A DNA stretch of 63,319 bases, filler included, from Octopus bimaculoides (GCF_001194135.2; 6 parts of 6 records of this genome joined end to end with filler, not necessarily neighbours in it); one strand, 5' to 3'; positions 1-10,789 are shown, counted from the first letter of the whole stretch. Notes: a model not told the origin generated them from the letters alone. Translations and numbers: made by a program.

Positions 1-570
1 TATATATAACAGTTATGTAACGGTTATACATACATACGTACATACATACATATATGTGTGTGTGTGTGTGTGTAAAACTAAACACACAGCAAAACAACTT
101 ATTCAAAACTTCTACTGGAATAGTCTCGTACGTAAGACTTGTTTATACAGAAGTACATTTTTATAGGTTACCGGCCTTTCTGCCGTACATACTGTGTATG
201 TGTGTGTGTGAGATTGTACGTGTGAAGTTTAAATACGGTATAAGCAGAAACATTCCTTGACTGGACAGCATTCCAGCAAAGAACTTAAAAGGAGGTATTT
301 GCATCTGTACAGAAGCGTTTTATCGCCATATCATACAAGCGTAGAAGCAGGAATACGTACGTCAACGTCAGAAAGATACTAATTTCGCCTCCTTCAAAAC
401 TCACACACACACACACAAGTCAAGGTAGATGAATATGTTTGTTCTAATCGCAGAAATACACCAAGCACTCCTTCCCAATGCTGGGGTGATCCCTAGCAAG
501 CACTATAATCTATTTAATATTCCTATAAAGCATCTTAGATATGAATGGAATAATGTTAAATGAAGCTACC

Positions 571-987
571 ATAGGCGCAGGAGTGGCTGTGTGGTAAGTA
601 GCTTGCTTACCAACCACATGGTTCTGGGTTCAGTTCCACTGCGTGGCACCTTGGGCAAGTGTCTTCTACTATAGCCTCGGGCCGACCAAAGCCTTGTGAG
701 TGGATTTGGTAGACGGAAACTGAAAGAAGCCCGTCCTATATATGTATATATATATATGTGTATGTGTGTCTATATGTTTGTGTGTCTGTATTTGTCCCCC
801 CAGCTTCGCTTGACGACCGATGCTGGTGTGTTTGCGTCCCCGTAACTTGGTGGTTCGGCAAAAAGTGACCGATAGAATAAGTACTAAGCTTCCAAAGAAT
901 AAGTCCTGGGGTCGAGTTGCTCGACTAAAGGCGGTGCCCCAGCATGGCCGCAGTCAAATGACTGAAACAAGTAAAAGAGTAAAAGAG
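571..987 (+). mobile_element. tRNA-derived SINE, family A (internal microsatellite), full length
   Basis: Head GGCGCAGGAGTGGCTGTGTGGTAAG (A box) and GGTTCAGTTCC (B box), internal (TA)/(TG) tract, tail GGCGGTGCCCCAGCATGGCCGCAGTCAAATGACTGAAACAAGTAAAAGAG; about ten further copies in the window. Confidence 0.9.
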
Positions 988-1047
988 TATAAGCAAACAG
1001 AATGTATATGTGTTTCTCTGAGAGTGAGTGAAAGAAAGGAGAGAGAG

Positions 1048-1088
<41 letters not shown>

Positions 1089-1098
1089 NNNNNNNNNN

Positions 1099-1142
<44 letters not shown>

Positions 1143-1646
1143 GGCAAACAGACAGATAGACAGGCAGAGAGGGTGAGAGGTTATGTATTTATGGGTGTCT
1201 GCGAATGAGAATGGTTATATGTAAACAGTTGTTGAGTTGTCATCAAACAATGCTATATTGCACAAAGTCAAGGGCGAAGTGGGTAGCAATAGACGACCGC
1301 TTAGTCCTTGACACACGGTTCATAATGCATTGTCTTCGGTGAACGTGACCAACATTCCTCAGCACCACCTCACAACAATGAAATTGTATATATGAAAAAC
1401 ATAGGAAACCGCAGCAATAAATAACAAAGTGAAATGACTCAACTGAAAATCGAATCTTGCTCTGGGACTCTCAATCATTCGGAGGTCAATGACACTGCGT
1501 TAAGAGAATGAGGCTAATTGTACCGGGTTATTTAGTAAAATATGTAGTTACTTATGGCAACAAAACAGTGGGGAACAACAGAGCAACTGAAGTGGGCACT
1601 TATCATATTTCATAATTCTACGCGTGTGTGTATATGTGCATATATG

Positions 1647-1721
<75 letters not shown>

Positions 1722-1726
1722 TTATC

Positions 1727-2105
1727 GTGGCACTCCGTCGGTTACGACGACGAGGGTTCCAGTTGATTCGATCAATGGAACAGCCTGCTCGTGAAATTAA
1801 CGTGCAAGTGGCTAAGTACTCCACAGACACGTGTTCTTTTAACATAGTTCTCGGGGATATTCAGCGTGACACAGTGTGACAAGGCTGACTCTTTGAATTA
1901 CAGGCACAACAGAAACAGGAAGTAAGAGTGAGAGAAAGTTGTGGTGAAAGAGTACAGCAGGGTTTACTCCCCACCCCTGCCAGAGCCTCATAGATATTTA
2001 GGTGTTTTCGCTCAATAAACACTCACAACACTCAGTCTGGGAGTCGAAACCGCGATCCTACGACCGCGAGTCCGCTACCCTAACCACAGAGCCACTGCGC
2101 CTCAC
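1727..2105 (-). mobile_element. tRNA-derived SINE, family B
   Basis: Reverse complement of the TSD-flanked copy at 44683-45069. Confidence 0.9.
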
Positions 2106-2292
2106 ACACATACACACACACGCGCACACACACATACACATACGCGCGCGCGCGCGCCCACAAACGCACACACATTTTAAAATTTTATATACAGATTCAT
2201 GTATACATAGATAGGTATACAAACAAAAACACACTCACACACAAGTACACATACAGATGTACATTCCCACACATATACACGTATTCACAGGC

Positions 2293-2372
2293 CCAGAACG
2301 GTCTGATGAGCGTCGAACTTCCTTTCATTCATTAGGAAGTCCAATTCGTGAAACTATTACTAACAGCTCTGG
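2293..2372 (+). ncRNA. Minimal type I hammerhead ribozyme (slightly decayed)
   Basis: Stem I CCAGAACGGT/ACAGCTCTGG (8 of 10 pairs), CTGATGA 2303-2309, stem II GCG..CGT with inner ACTTCC/GGAAGT, GAAA 2350-2353, short stem III with one mismatch, then TA. Confidence 0.65.
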
Positions 2373-2546
2373 ACTGCAAATTAAATGTATTTATTCTGAA
2401 ACAAAATTTCACCTTTATAAGCCAACTTAAATGAGTGATGAGTGCTCTCCCTTGTGAATTGCTACTCTTATAATGACTTGATATACTTCTCTATCTCTCT
2501 CCCTCTCACTCTCTTCTATCTCTCTGTCTCTGTCTCTGCATATTTA

Positions 2547-3340
2547 CAGGGCGTCCTAAAAACCGTATACATACTTTAACAGCTGGTAACTAACTTACTT
2601 TAGAGTTTCCTTTTACTCAACCCATTGGAAATAATGAAGAGAGCTAGATTGAGCTTTACGCAAAGGAAATTTACCCTAAAATGCTACTGGCAGTTTGAAA
2701 ACGCTGTCGAACTTCAAAGACAGCGAAAGAGGGAGTTTCAACCAGATCCACTTACGCAACTTACAATCACTCGAATTAGAGTTAAGTTTGAAGCATATGG
2801 AACTATTCAGAAATATCCATAAGAAACGTTCCGGAAAAGCACGGACATCGACGAGCTCCACCAAGCAAGAATGATTGCTATAAACATATTGCCGGAGTTC
2901 GAGAAAATCAGTGCGACAAACAAATGGCGAGACAGGAGTTGCAAAAATCAAACGTCCACCATATTTTCAAGCACTGTCACTGAAATAGTTACAAAGGGAT
3001 GCTGAAAAGTTCCTGGCTTTAAAGGTATCACGAAAAGCCGGGCTGGAGGCCCAACCTTCTGAGTTCTTTTACAGGGATTAGAAAAACTGAAGAACTGCTG
3101 CAATAAGTGTGTGAATATGAGAGGGGAATATGTTGGAAAAAATCCTAGTTAACTGATTCTCCAGTATTTTCTTTTACCCAATGCCAGGAACTTTTCAGCA
3201 GTCCATGTTCTCAGAAAAGATGATCTGGATTGAAAAGTGGAGTTTTGTGAGTGGTACTTGGCAAGATGTGTAGAAGATGTACACGGTCCAACAAAGATTG
3301 TCTGGGGCATTGGGTTACATTTCAATTAAAAGGTTCAATC
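2547..3340 (+). mobile_element. Tc1/mariner-superfamily transposase remnant, interrupted by a MITE
   Basis: Starts TA|CAGGGCGTCC; encodes RLSFTQRKFTLKCYWQFENAVELQRQ (HTH, homologous to 39452-40387); resumes after the MITE as [23 protein letters not shown]. Confidence 0.8.
2992..3208 (+). mobile_element. mariner-derived MITE
   Basis: TIRs GATGCTGAAAAGTTCCTGGC / GCCAGGAACTTTTCAGCAGTC; interior reads like a mariner C-terminus (GLEKLKNCCNKCVNMRGEYV); inverted relative at 15359-15568. Confidence 0.8.
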
Positions 3341-3343
3341 TGA

Positions 3344-3416
3344 GGTTCTGTGGTGTAATGGTTATCATATCTGCTTTATGCGCAGAATGTAGCGAATTCG
3401 AATGTCGCCAAAACCT
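3344..3416 (+). pseudogene. tRNA-Val(TAC)-derived pseudogene, anticodon now TAT
   Basis: 73-nt cloverleaf GGTTCTGTGGTGTAATGGTTATCATATCTGCTTTATGCGCAGAATGTAGCGAATTCGAATGTCGCCAAAACCT resembling metazoan tRNA-Val(TAC); mismatches in the acceptor and T stems; anticodon loop TTTATGC. Confidence 0.75.
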
Positions 3417-3949
3417 CTGAAAGTTTAATTTTTCATTCCCATCAATATACTTATCAAGGCGGTGCTCCAGCATGATCGCAGTCAAATGACTGAAACAAGT
3501 AAAAAAAATAAAAGAATGATCGTCATAAATGCACCTACAGGGGACATGTGAATCCGTATATTACGAGGGAACATCATTTTAATTTAGCAGGACTTACAGT
3601 ACAGTTACGCACTGGCGTCGATGTAATCGACTATCCCCCTGTCCCAAAATTTCAGGCCTTGTGCCTATTGTAGAAAGGATGAAATGTATAAAAAGGTTTT
3701 ACGGTACTATGACTGGTTTCATTTGAACTTGCTGTGACAATCTGTTATGCCAAATATTGCTGAGGACTGAAAATGCGGAGTTTTACCTCCACGATGTGCC
3801 CCTCCAAGCTACCATAGTAAGGAAAGAACCAACCTTCTTGAGATTTTGTCAAACAGGTGGATTGGAAGAAAAGGTTCAGTAAAATACATTCGACATTCAT
3901 CCAGCTTCATACCACTTCTCGTTTTTATGGAGAATACTTAATATATGAA

Positions 3950-4553
3950 GTTGGTTGTTTTTCCTCGCATTCAGTACTAAATGTGTTTATTTTGGGAAGT
4001 CCAGTGTGTGGCTTTATTCTGTAGTAATGCCCCTTATATAAATATAAACGAATAATTATATTCTTGGGAATAGAAATTTCCCTTATGAATTTTTTTACAC
4101 ACTGGCTTCTTGATAAAATTCTTGTAAAATATTTTTATTCCTTTTTGAATTTATTAATCAAATATATACACGAAATATATTCAATGCTGAATTTTTTTTA
4201 TTCCTGTCTCAACGCGTGTACCAAAACAACCCAGTAGTTTTCCCGCTTCTTTGTTGAAGATTTATACAAATAAACTTCATTCCCTTTGCTTGATCGGATA
4301 CGGAGAGTGTTCGTTTTTGGTAAGGTGAGAATTCTGTTTATTTGTATATGTCTTCCTGAACAATACTATGCTGATGAGCGGAGTCTAGATTCGTTCTGGT
4401 AATCGCGAAATCGGTCGATACATAGTTGAGTTATTTAAAAGAAAGTTGGTCTTCTTCTGTTGGTTGTTTTTCCTCGCATTCGGTACTAAATGTGTTTATT
4501 TTGGGAAGTCCAGTGTGTGGCTTTATTCTGTAGTAATGCCCCTTATATAAATA

Positions 4554-4555
<2 letters not shown>
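3950..4555 (+). mobile_element. Terminally redundant hammerhead-bearing unit (Penelope pLTR or retrozyme-like)
   Basis: About 97-bp direct repeat at 3950-4046 and 4459-4555 (period 509 bp) with one hammerhead just before the second copy; ends in (TA)n. Confidence 0.55.
4365..4426 (+). ncRNA. Minimal type I hammerhead ribozyme
   Basis: Stem I ACTATG/CATAGT perfect; CTGATGA 4371-4377; stem II GCG/CGC; GAAA 4407-4410; stem III TCG-GT-CGA; cleavage triplet AUA. Confidence 0.85.
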
Positions 4556-4590
<35 letters not shown>

Positions 4591-4592
<2 letters not shown>

Positions 4593-5200
4593 TTCGTCTT
4601 TTACTTGGTTGTCATTTGGCTGCGGCCATGCTGGGACACCACCTTGAAGGGTTTTAGACGAACAAATCGACACAGGACTTATATTTTTAAACCTGGTACT
4701 TATTCTATCTTTCACTTTTGCTAAACCACTAAGTTACGGGAATTTAGACACGCAAACACCGTGGTGTCAGGCAGTGGAGGGGGTAAAATACCGGCACAAA
4801 GACACACACACACACATCTTTCATTTTTTATTTGTTTTAGTCATTAGACTGCAACCGTGCTGGGGCACCACCTTCAAGAATATTTAGTCGAACAAATCAA
4901 CTCCAGTCCTTTTCTTTAAAAGCCTGGTACTTATTCATCGGTCAGTTTTATCGAAACGCTAGGACATAAACACACCAACATCGGTTGTCAAACGGCGGTG
5001 GGTGGGGACAAATACAGACCTAAAAAACGAGCAGATAGATATATACATATACGGCGGGCGTCTTTCAGTTTACGTTTATCAAATCCTTTCACAAAGCTTT
5101 GGTTGGCCCGTGGCTATAACAGAAGACACTTGCCCAAGTTGCCACACAGTGGGACTGAAACCGAAACTGTGTGGTTGGGGAGCAAGCTTCTTACGCTTGC
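4591..5200 (-). mobile_element. Two adjacent family A SINEs (3' half plus full copy)
   Basis: Two family A tails (about 4591 and 4816) and one head at about 5130-5200, all reverse complement. Confidence 0.8.
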
Positions 5201-5382
5201 GAATATGTTTTATATATATATTAGTTTATGTATATATTAATATTATCTCAGTTATTAAAACTTTCGATAATTTAAATACGTTAATAGTTACCAGAGGTAG
5301 CAAAATTACACTAAAAAACAAGATATCACAGCCGTTTTACAGGTAGATATACCAAGTTAAAGTGATACATTTTGAGAAGATA

Positions 5383-5739
5383 TGGATAATAATAAATGGA
5401 GCAAAACGCATTTCAATAAAAGTTCCTTTAATTCCTACACATGTTTCAAAATAAATGATAGTGCTTTCACAAAGAAGAAAGAGCTGTTGGGGTTCCTCAT
5501 TTATTTCTCTTCAGGGAGTTCATAATAAAACATGTAATAGCAAGACAAAAACGAGATGATGGGGTAACTTACGAGCAGAGATGTTACATGGTCAGTGACC
5601 GTTAGAAGAAACCTTCTAACGGTCACGCACCCCAACAGCTCTTTCTTCTTTGTGAAAGCACTATCATTTATTTCGAAACATGTGTAGGAATTAAAGGAAC
5701 TTTTATTGAAATCCGTTTTGCTCCATTTATTATTATCCA
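5383..5739. mobile_element. Foldback MITE with about 114-bp TIRs and TA flanks
   Basis: Arms 5380-5493 and 5629-5742 differ at only 2 positions; the spacer holds a perfect 14-bp hairpin (5595-5626). Confidence 0.8.
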
Positions 5740-6215
5740 TATATATATAATTATTAGAACACCAACAACATACGTAGGAATAATTATCACTGACGGTGCA
5801 TTAACGCGTATGTATTTGCGTGTGTATACACATAGTGGATCCGCTTGTTGTAGACAAATGAGGGGGCCGCAATTCCGAAATTTCTTGCCGAACAACCTGG
5901 ACAGATGATTTGTTTATCGTAACCAAATGTGTGTGCTCTACATTCGCCAGCTATCTCCACCAAATCGGCATGTCCCGTACAGGTCCACAGTGTGCTACGC
6001 GTCGGATAGCCAAATGATCGCATGCAAAGCAACATGAGATGAACTACATTGACCAAGAATGCGACGCACCGTCTTGTCAGGGAAACGAAACCACTGCCTT
6101 GCGATAGTGAGTGCGACAGCCTAATCTCTAGGCCATGCGTTCCTACTTGTGTATGCATACATGCACGTACAAATATATATACACACACACATGCACACGC
6201 ATATATAGATGTATG

Positions 6216-6267
<52 letters not shown>

Positions 6268-6436
6268 TATGTGTGTGTGTGTGTATATANNNNNNNNNNN
6301 NNNNNNNNNNNNNNNNNNNNNNNNNNNNNNNNNNNNNNNNNNNNNNNNNNNNNNNNNNNNNNNNNNNNNNNNNNNNNNNNNNNNNNNNNNNNNNNNNNNN
6401 NNNNNNNATATATATATATATATATACATATATATA

Positions 6437-6491
6437 GGCGTAGGAGTGGCTGTGTGGTAAGCATAGGCGTAGAGGAGTGGTTGTGTGGTAA
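6437..6491 (+). mobile_element. 5' part of a family A SINE (head duplicated), split by a Tx1 insertion
   Basis: GGCGTAGGAGTGGCTGTGTGGTAAG twice in tandem; the SINE resumes at 8338. Confidence 0.85.
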
Positions 6492-6536
6492 ACTGCCTTT
6501 ATGGCAAATTGAATGAAATACAGTAGCTTGTTTACG

Positions 6537-8102
6537 GATTGTTTACACGGCTGGATTGCTGCGTTGTACAGCGACATCGAATCTGTCGTCAAACTGAACG
6601 GTTTCCTTTCGAAGCCATTCAGGATCGAGCACTCAGTGCGTCAGGGGTGTCCCTTGTCTCCGCTTTTGTATATGTTAGCTCTTGTGCCATTGCTGCGGAA
6701 GTTGGAGGCATTAAGGGGCGCGTCGCATGATCTATGGTGTGGAAAAGGAGCTACGGAGTACGCGGATGACATCTCCATCATCGTGGCGGATGAGGGCCAG
6801 CTTCCAGCGGTGGAAGTGGCCATCAAAAGTTACAAGGCGGTGGCAGGAGCAAAAGTTAACAAGGACAAGTCGATCGGTTTGCAGCTCGGCACCTGGAGAG
6901 GCAAGCCGATGCCGTCCAATAACGTCGTGGGGCGACGTCCTGTTAAACTGCTCGGAGTCTGGTTTGCGCCAGACCTCCAGATAGAGAAAAATTGGAGTGA
7001 GGTGGCCAGCAAGGTGACTGCTCTAACGCAGACTTGGTCTGAGCGGGTGTTATCCTTGCTAGGAAAGGCGGAGGTGGTGCAGATGTTCATAGTATCGGTT
7101 ATCATCTACCGTCTGACCGTGGTGCCTTGCCCCGATTTGTGGCTGAACAAGTTGGAAAGAATCCTTTTGCGCTTTTTGTGGAAGGGTGGAAAGCCACTCG
7201 TGAAGCGCTCTGTCTGCTGCCAGAAACCGCTAAAGGATGGGCTAGGGATGCCTTGGCCGAGGATGCGAAAATTCGCGTTAAGGTTGAGGCATCTCTGGCT
7301 TTACCTGAATGGAGAGCAGGTGTGGTCACCGCACGTCCGGTTCTACCTTCCGCAATTAACGTCCTTAACGGACGTTGGTAATTGGATCAAGCAGAGACCT
7401 AGGCTAGGGGACCGGCAATTGGAGTGCCGACAGGCACTTCAGCTACTCTCTCGGGCGGGCAATGCCGGCAATAGGAGTTCCACCGCAGATTTTTATAGCG
7501 GGTTAGTAGAGTTTAAGTCCGAAGACGCCTTGTTGGAGACCCTGGGCTACGATGAAAATCAGTTGATCGACCTGTTCCGGAGAACTTTCGGGCGCAGGTA
7601 CCTGGACAATTACCAGAAATCCCTGGCTTGGCAGTGCTTTCGTGCGGCGTTACCTTATCGTGATAAACTGTCAAGGCACAGAAGTGCCGTCTCGCTGACG
7701 TGTCCGAGGTGCGGGCTGGTCAGGGAAACCGTCTTGCACGCATTTGTGGAATGTCCGGAATTAACGGGACTGATAGTTTTCGCAGAACAACTGTTGTCAT
7801 CGATGGGAAGAGTACAGCTATCAGCTGAATCTATCATCGAGATTGTGCCGCCTCCTTCTCTTAACAGGGAAAGGAAGGCTTGCTTTTTCTGCAAAGTAGC
7901 CATACTGAAAGAAAGAGTATGGAAGACGCGTGTGAGAGGAATAGTGACGGGTACCGTTGTATCTGGCCAGGGGTTGGTTAACTTTTTTAGTTACCACCTC
8001 AGGAGTAAAATCAGGCTGGAGAAGAGGTACCTGTTACGAGAGAGATTCATGAGAAGATGGAAGCCTGTGCCGAGAAAGCTGGGAGTGTCTGACTCCAGGT
8101 AA
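6537..8102 (+). CDS. ORF2 C-terminal part: reverse transcriptase and C-terminal CCHC zinc finger
   Basis: Uninterrupted frame with VRQGCPLSPLLY, YADD, LLGVWF and CPRCGLVRETVLHAFVEC; the ATG at 6513 lies outside the element. Confidence 0.9.
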   Translation, partial: DCLHGWIAALYSDIESVVKLNGFLSKPFRIEHSVRQGCPLSPLLYMLALVPLLRKLEALRGASHDLWCGKGATEYADDISIIVADEGQLPAVEVAIKSYKAVAGAKVNKDKSIGLQLGTWRGKPMPSNNVVGRRPVKLLGVWFAPDLQIEKNWSEVASKVTALTQTWSERVLSLLGKAEVVQMFIVSVIIYRLTVVPCPDLWLNKLERILLRFLWKGGKPLVKRSVCCQKPLKDGLGMPWPRMRKFALRLRHLWLYLNGEQVWSPHVRFYLPQLTSLTDVGNWIKQRPRLGDRQLECRQALQLLSRAGNAGNRSSTADFYSGLVEFKSEDALLETLGYDENQLIDLFRRTFGRRYLDNYQKSLAWQCFRAALPYRDKLSRHRSAVSLTCPRCGLVRETVLHAFVECPELTGLIVFAEQLLSSMGRVQLSAESIIEIVPPPSLNRERKACFFCKVAILKERVWKTRVRGIVTGTVVSGQGLVNFFSYHLRSKIRLEKRYLLRERFMRRWKPVPRKLGVSDSR

Positions 8103-8337
8103 GTGAAAGCCAGAAAAGGGAGGAACAAGCAAGGGGTCTACCTTGGTGGTCGGATGCCTGTCCCTCAGAGCAGCCATTACAAATCGTAATGAGCAACACC
8201 GAACAAGAAAATCAGTAATATATTAATTATATTTTTGTATTTAATCGCTAAATAGCAGCTACTATACCCTTTATGTTTGTCTGTCCTTGTTCGTCCCCTC
8301 TTTGTAATGCCTTCATGGCAAATCGTTAATAAAATAA
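6537..8337 (+). mobile_element. Tx1/L1-clade non-LTR retrotransposon, 5'-truncated
   Basis: 15-bp direct repeat AGTAGCTTGTTTACG at 6522-6536 and 8338-8352; RT ORF, about 235-bp 3' UTR, A-rich end TAATAAAATAA. Confidence 0.9.
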
Positions 8338-8500
8338 AGTAGCTTGTTTACGAACCACATGGTTCCGGGTTCAGTCCCACTGCGTGGCACCATGAGCAAG
8401 TGTCTTCTACTATAGTCTCGGGTCAACCAAAGCCTTGTGAGTGAATTTCGTAGACGGAAACTGAAAAAAGCCTGTCGCATATATGTATATATATATATAT
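8338..8500 (+). mobile_element. Continuation of the split family A SINE
   Basis: AGTAGCTTGTTTACGAACCACATGGTTCCGGGTTCAGTCCC continues the head at 6437-6491; runs into (TA)n and a gap. Confidence 0.9.
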
Positions 8501-9169
8501 ATATATNNNNNNNNNNNNNNNNNNNNNNNNNNNNNNNNNNNNNNNNNNNNNNNNNNNNNNNNNNNNNNNNNNNNNNNNNNNNNNNNNNNNNNNNNNNNNN
8601 NNNNNNNNNNNNNNNNNNNNNNNNNNNNNNNNNNNNNNNNNNNNNNNNNNNNNNNNNNNNNNNNNNNNNNNNNNNNNNNNNNNNNNNNNNNNNNNNNNNN
8701 NNNNNNNNNNNNNNNNNNNNNNNNNNNNNNNNNNNNNNNNNNNNNNNNNNNNNNNNNNNNNNNNNNNNNNNNNNNNNNNNNNNNNNNNNNNNNNNNNNNN
8801 NNNNNNNNNNNNNNNNNNNNNNNNNNNNNNNNNNNNNNNNNNNNNNNNNNNNNNNNNNNNNNNNNNNNNNNNNNNNNNNNNNNNNNNNNNNNNNNNNNNN
8901 NNNNNNNNNNNNNNNNNNNNNNNNNNNNNNNNNNNNNNNNNNNNNNNNNNNNNNNNNNNNNNNNNNNNNNNNNNNNNNNNNNNNNNNNNNNNNNNNNNNN
9001 NNNNNNNCATCCTTCTCTATTTCAAATACGTTGTATACATAAAAATATACATACATACATATATTTATGTATATACATATATATATATATATATGTATAC
9101 ACACACACACAGACACACACACACACACACACATATATGTATGTACACACACACATACACATACACACA

Positions 9170-9750
9170 ATCACGTTATCTCGTGACCGATCAGACTATC
9201 AGATGTTGTTACCACCGCTGGTCACAATGCGCTTTATTTGCATCGTTTTAGTCTTCATATAACGCCATCCTGCTGTCTAGGCCAGGGGTTTTCAAAGTTT
9301 TTTGACTTGCGGACCCCTTTATATTTCAGGCTTTACCTTAGGGACCCCCTTATAAACGCTTATGAAATTTATACATAAATATTTGCTTAAAATAATATAT
9401 ATTTTTACATTTATTTATTTAACAGTATTTAACAAATAAGTTTATTGTCAATTAAAAGATTTCGATTAAAAAACATATATAAAATCAAATTGCTCATAAA
9501 AAGTATTTGCTGTCCACGGACCCCCTGTCTTGTCCTTGCGGACCCCCTGTGGTCTGGGAACCACAGTTTGAAAACCCCTGGTCTAGGCGAGCAGGCCAAC
9601 ATTCCCCACTGATCATAAGGGGGGGGATTAGAGCAAAGAAAAATGAAGCATTTTGCACAAAATCACAACGCGCCGCCTGGTCTTGAATCGAACCCACGAT
9701 CTAGTGATCGTTAATGGAACAGACTAAACACTAGACTACGTGCCTTCACA
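9170..9750 (-). mobile_element. tRNA-derived SINE, family D, interrupted by a hAT MITE
   Basis: Minus-strand head GTGAAGGCACGTAGTCTAGTG..GGGTTCGATTC; body is continuous across the MITE. Confidence 0.6.
9283..9580. mobile_element. hAT-family MITE
   Basis: Perfect 14-bp TIR CAGGGGTTTTCAAA; perfect 8-bp TSD GTCTAGGC (9275-9282, 9581-9588); repeated GGACCCC subterminal motifs. Confidence 0.92.
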
Positions 9751-9809
9751 CACACACACATACACACACACACACACACATACGCACGCACGCACGTGCA
9801 CAATGTTTG

Positions 9810-10185
9810 ATAAGATGCTTGTTTACGAACCACATGATTCCGGGTTCAGTCCCACTGCGTGGTACCATGGGCAAGTGTCTTCTACTATAGCCTCGTATTG
9901 ACCAGAATCTTGTGACTGGATTTTATAGACAGAAACTGAAAGAAACCCGTCGTATATATATATATATATATATATGTNNNNNNNNNNNNNNNNNNNNNNN
10001 NNNNNNNNNNNNNNNNNNNNNNNNNNNNNNNNNNNNNNNNNNNNNNNNNNNNNNNNNNNNNNNNNNNNNNNNNNNNNNNNNNNNNNNNNNNNNNNNNNNN
10101 NNNNNNNNNNNNNNNNNNNNNNNNNNNNNNNNNNNNNNNNNNNNNNNNNNNNNNNNNNNNNNNNNNNNNNNNNNNNNNNNNNNNN

Positions 10186-10225
<40 letters not shown>

Positions 10226-10450
10226 TGTGTGTCGTTGTGTCTGTGTTTGTCCCCCCATCACCACTCGACAATCGGTGTGGGTTTGTTTATATCCCTATAA
10301 CTTAGCCATTCGGCAGAAACACCGATAGAAAAAGTACTAGGCTAAAAAAAGAAGTTCTGGCGTCGATTTGTGCGACTAAAACCCTTCAAGGTGGTGCTCC
10401 AGCAAGGCCGCAGTCAAATGACTGAAACAAGTAATAGTGACCAATAAAAG
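9810..10450 (+). mobile_element. Family A SINE (gap inside its microsatellite)
   Basis: Head from GCTTGTTTACGAACCAC; tail CAGTCAAATGACTGAAACAAG. Confidence 0.85.
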
Positions 10451-10789
10451 AATATATATATATATATATTCGCACATACACATACGCTTGCTTAGATACG
10501 TTCGTAAATATAGAGATACCATTATACACAAAACATAAGCAATATCATAATATTACATCGCACCACTCCACACCAGTCTAGACAATACCAGATCACATCA
10601 TACCATTCAAACCACACCATACAAAAATCTTATCACGATACGATTTTATAATACACTAGAGCACAATATAGTATCTTATACTCTAGTGTTCTATGCCATA
10701 CATAAGTTATTACACTTTAACAAACTATTCCAGACATGGGCACCTTTATCGATGAGCGAGCAGCTTGAGGAATGGTTCATCTTCAGGCG

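Noticed and set aside
8313-10328. ORFs of 100-340 aa spanning X runs (also 58333-58998 and 60045-61061)
   Set aside because: Open only because N gaps contain no stop codons.
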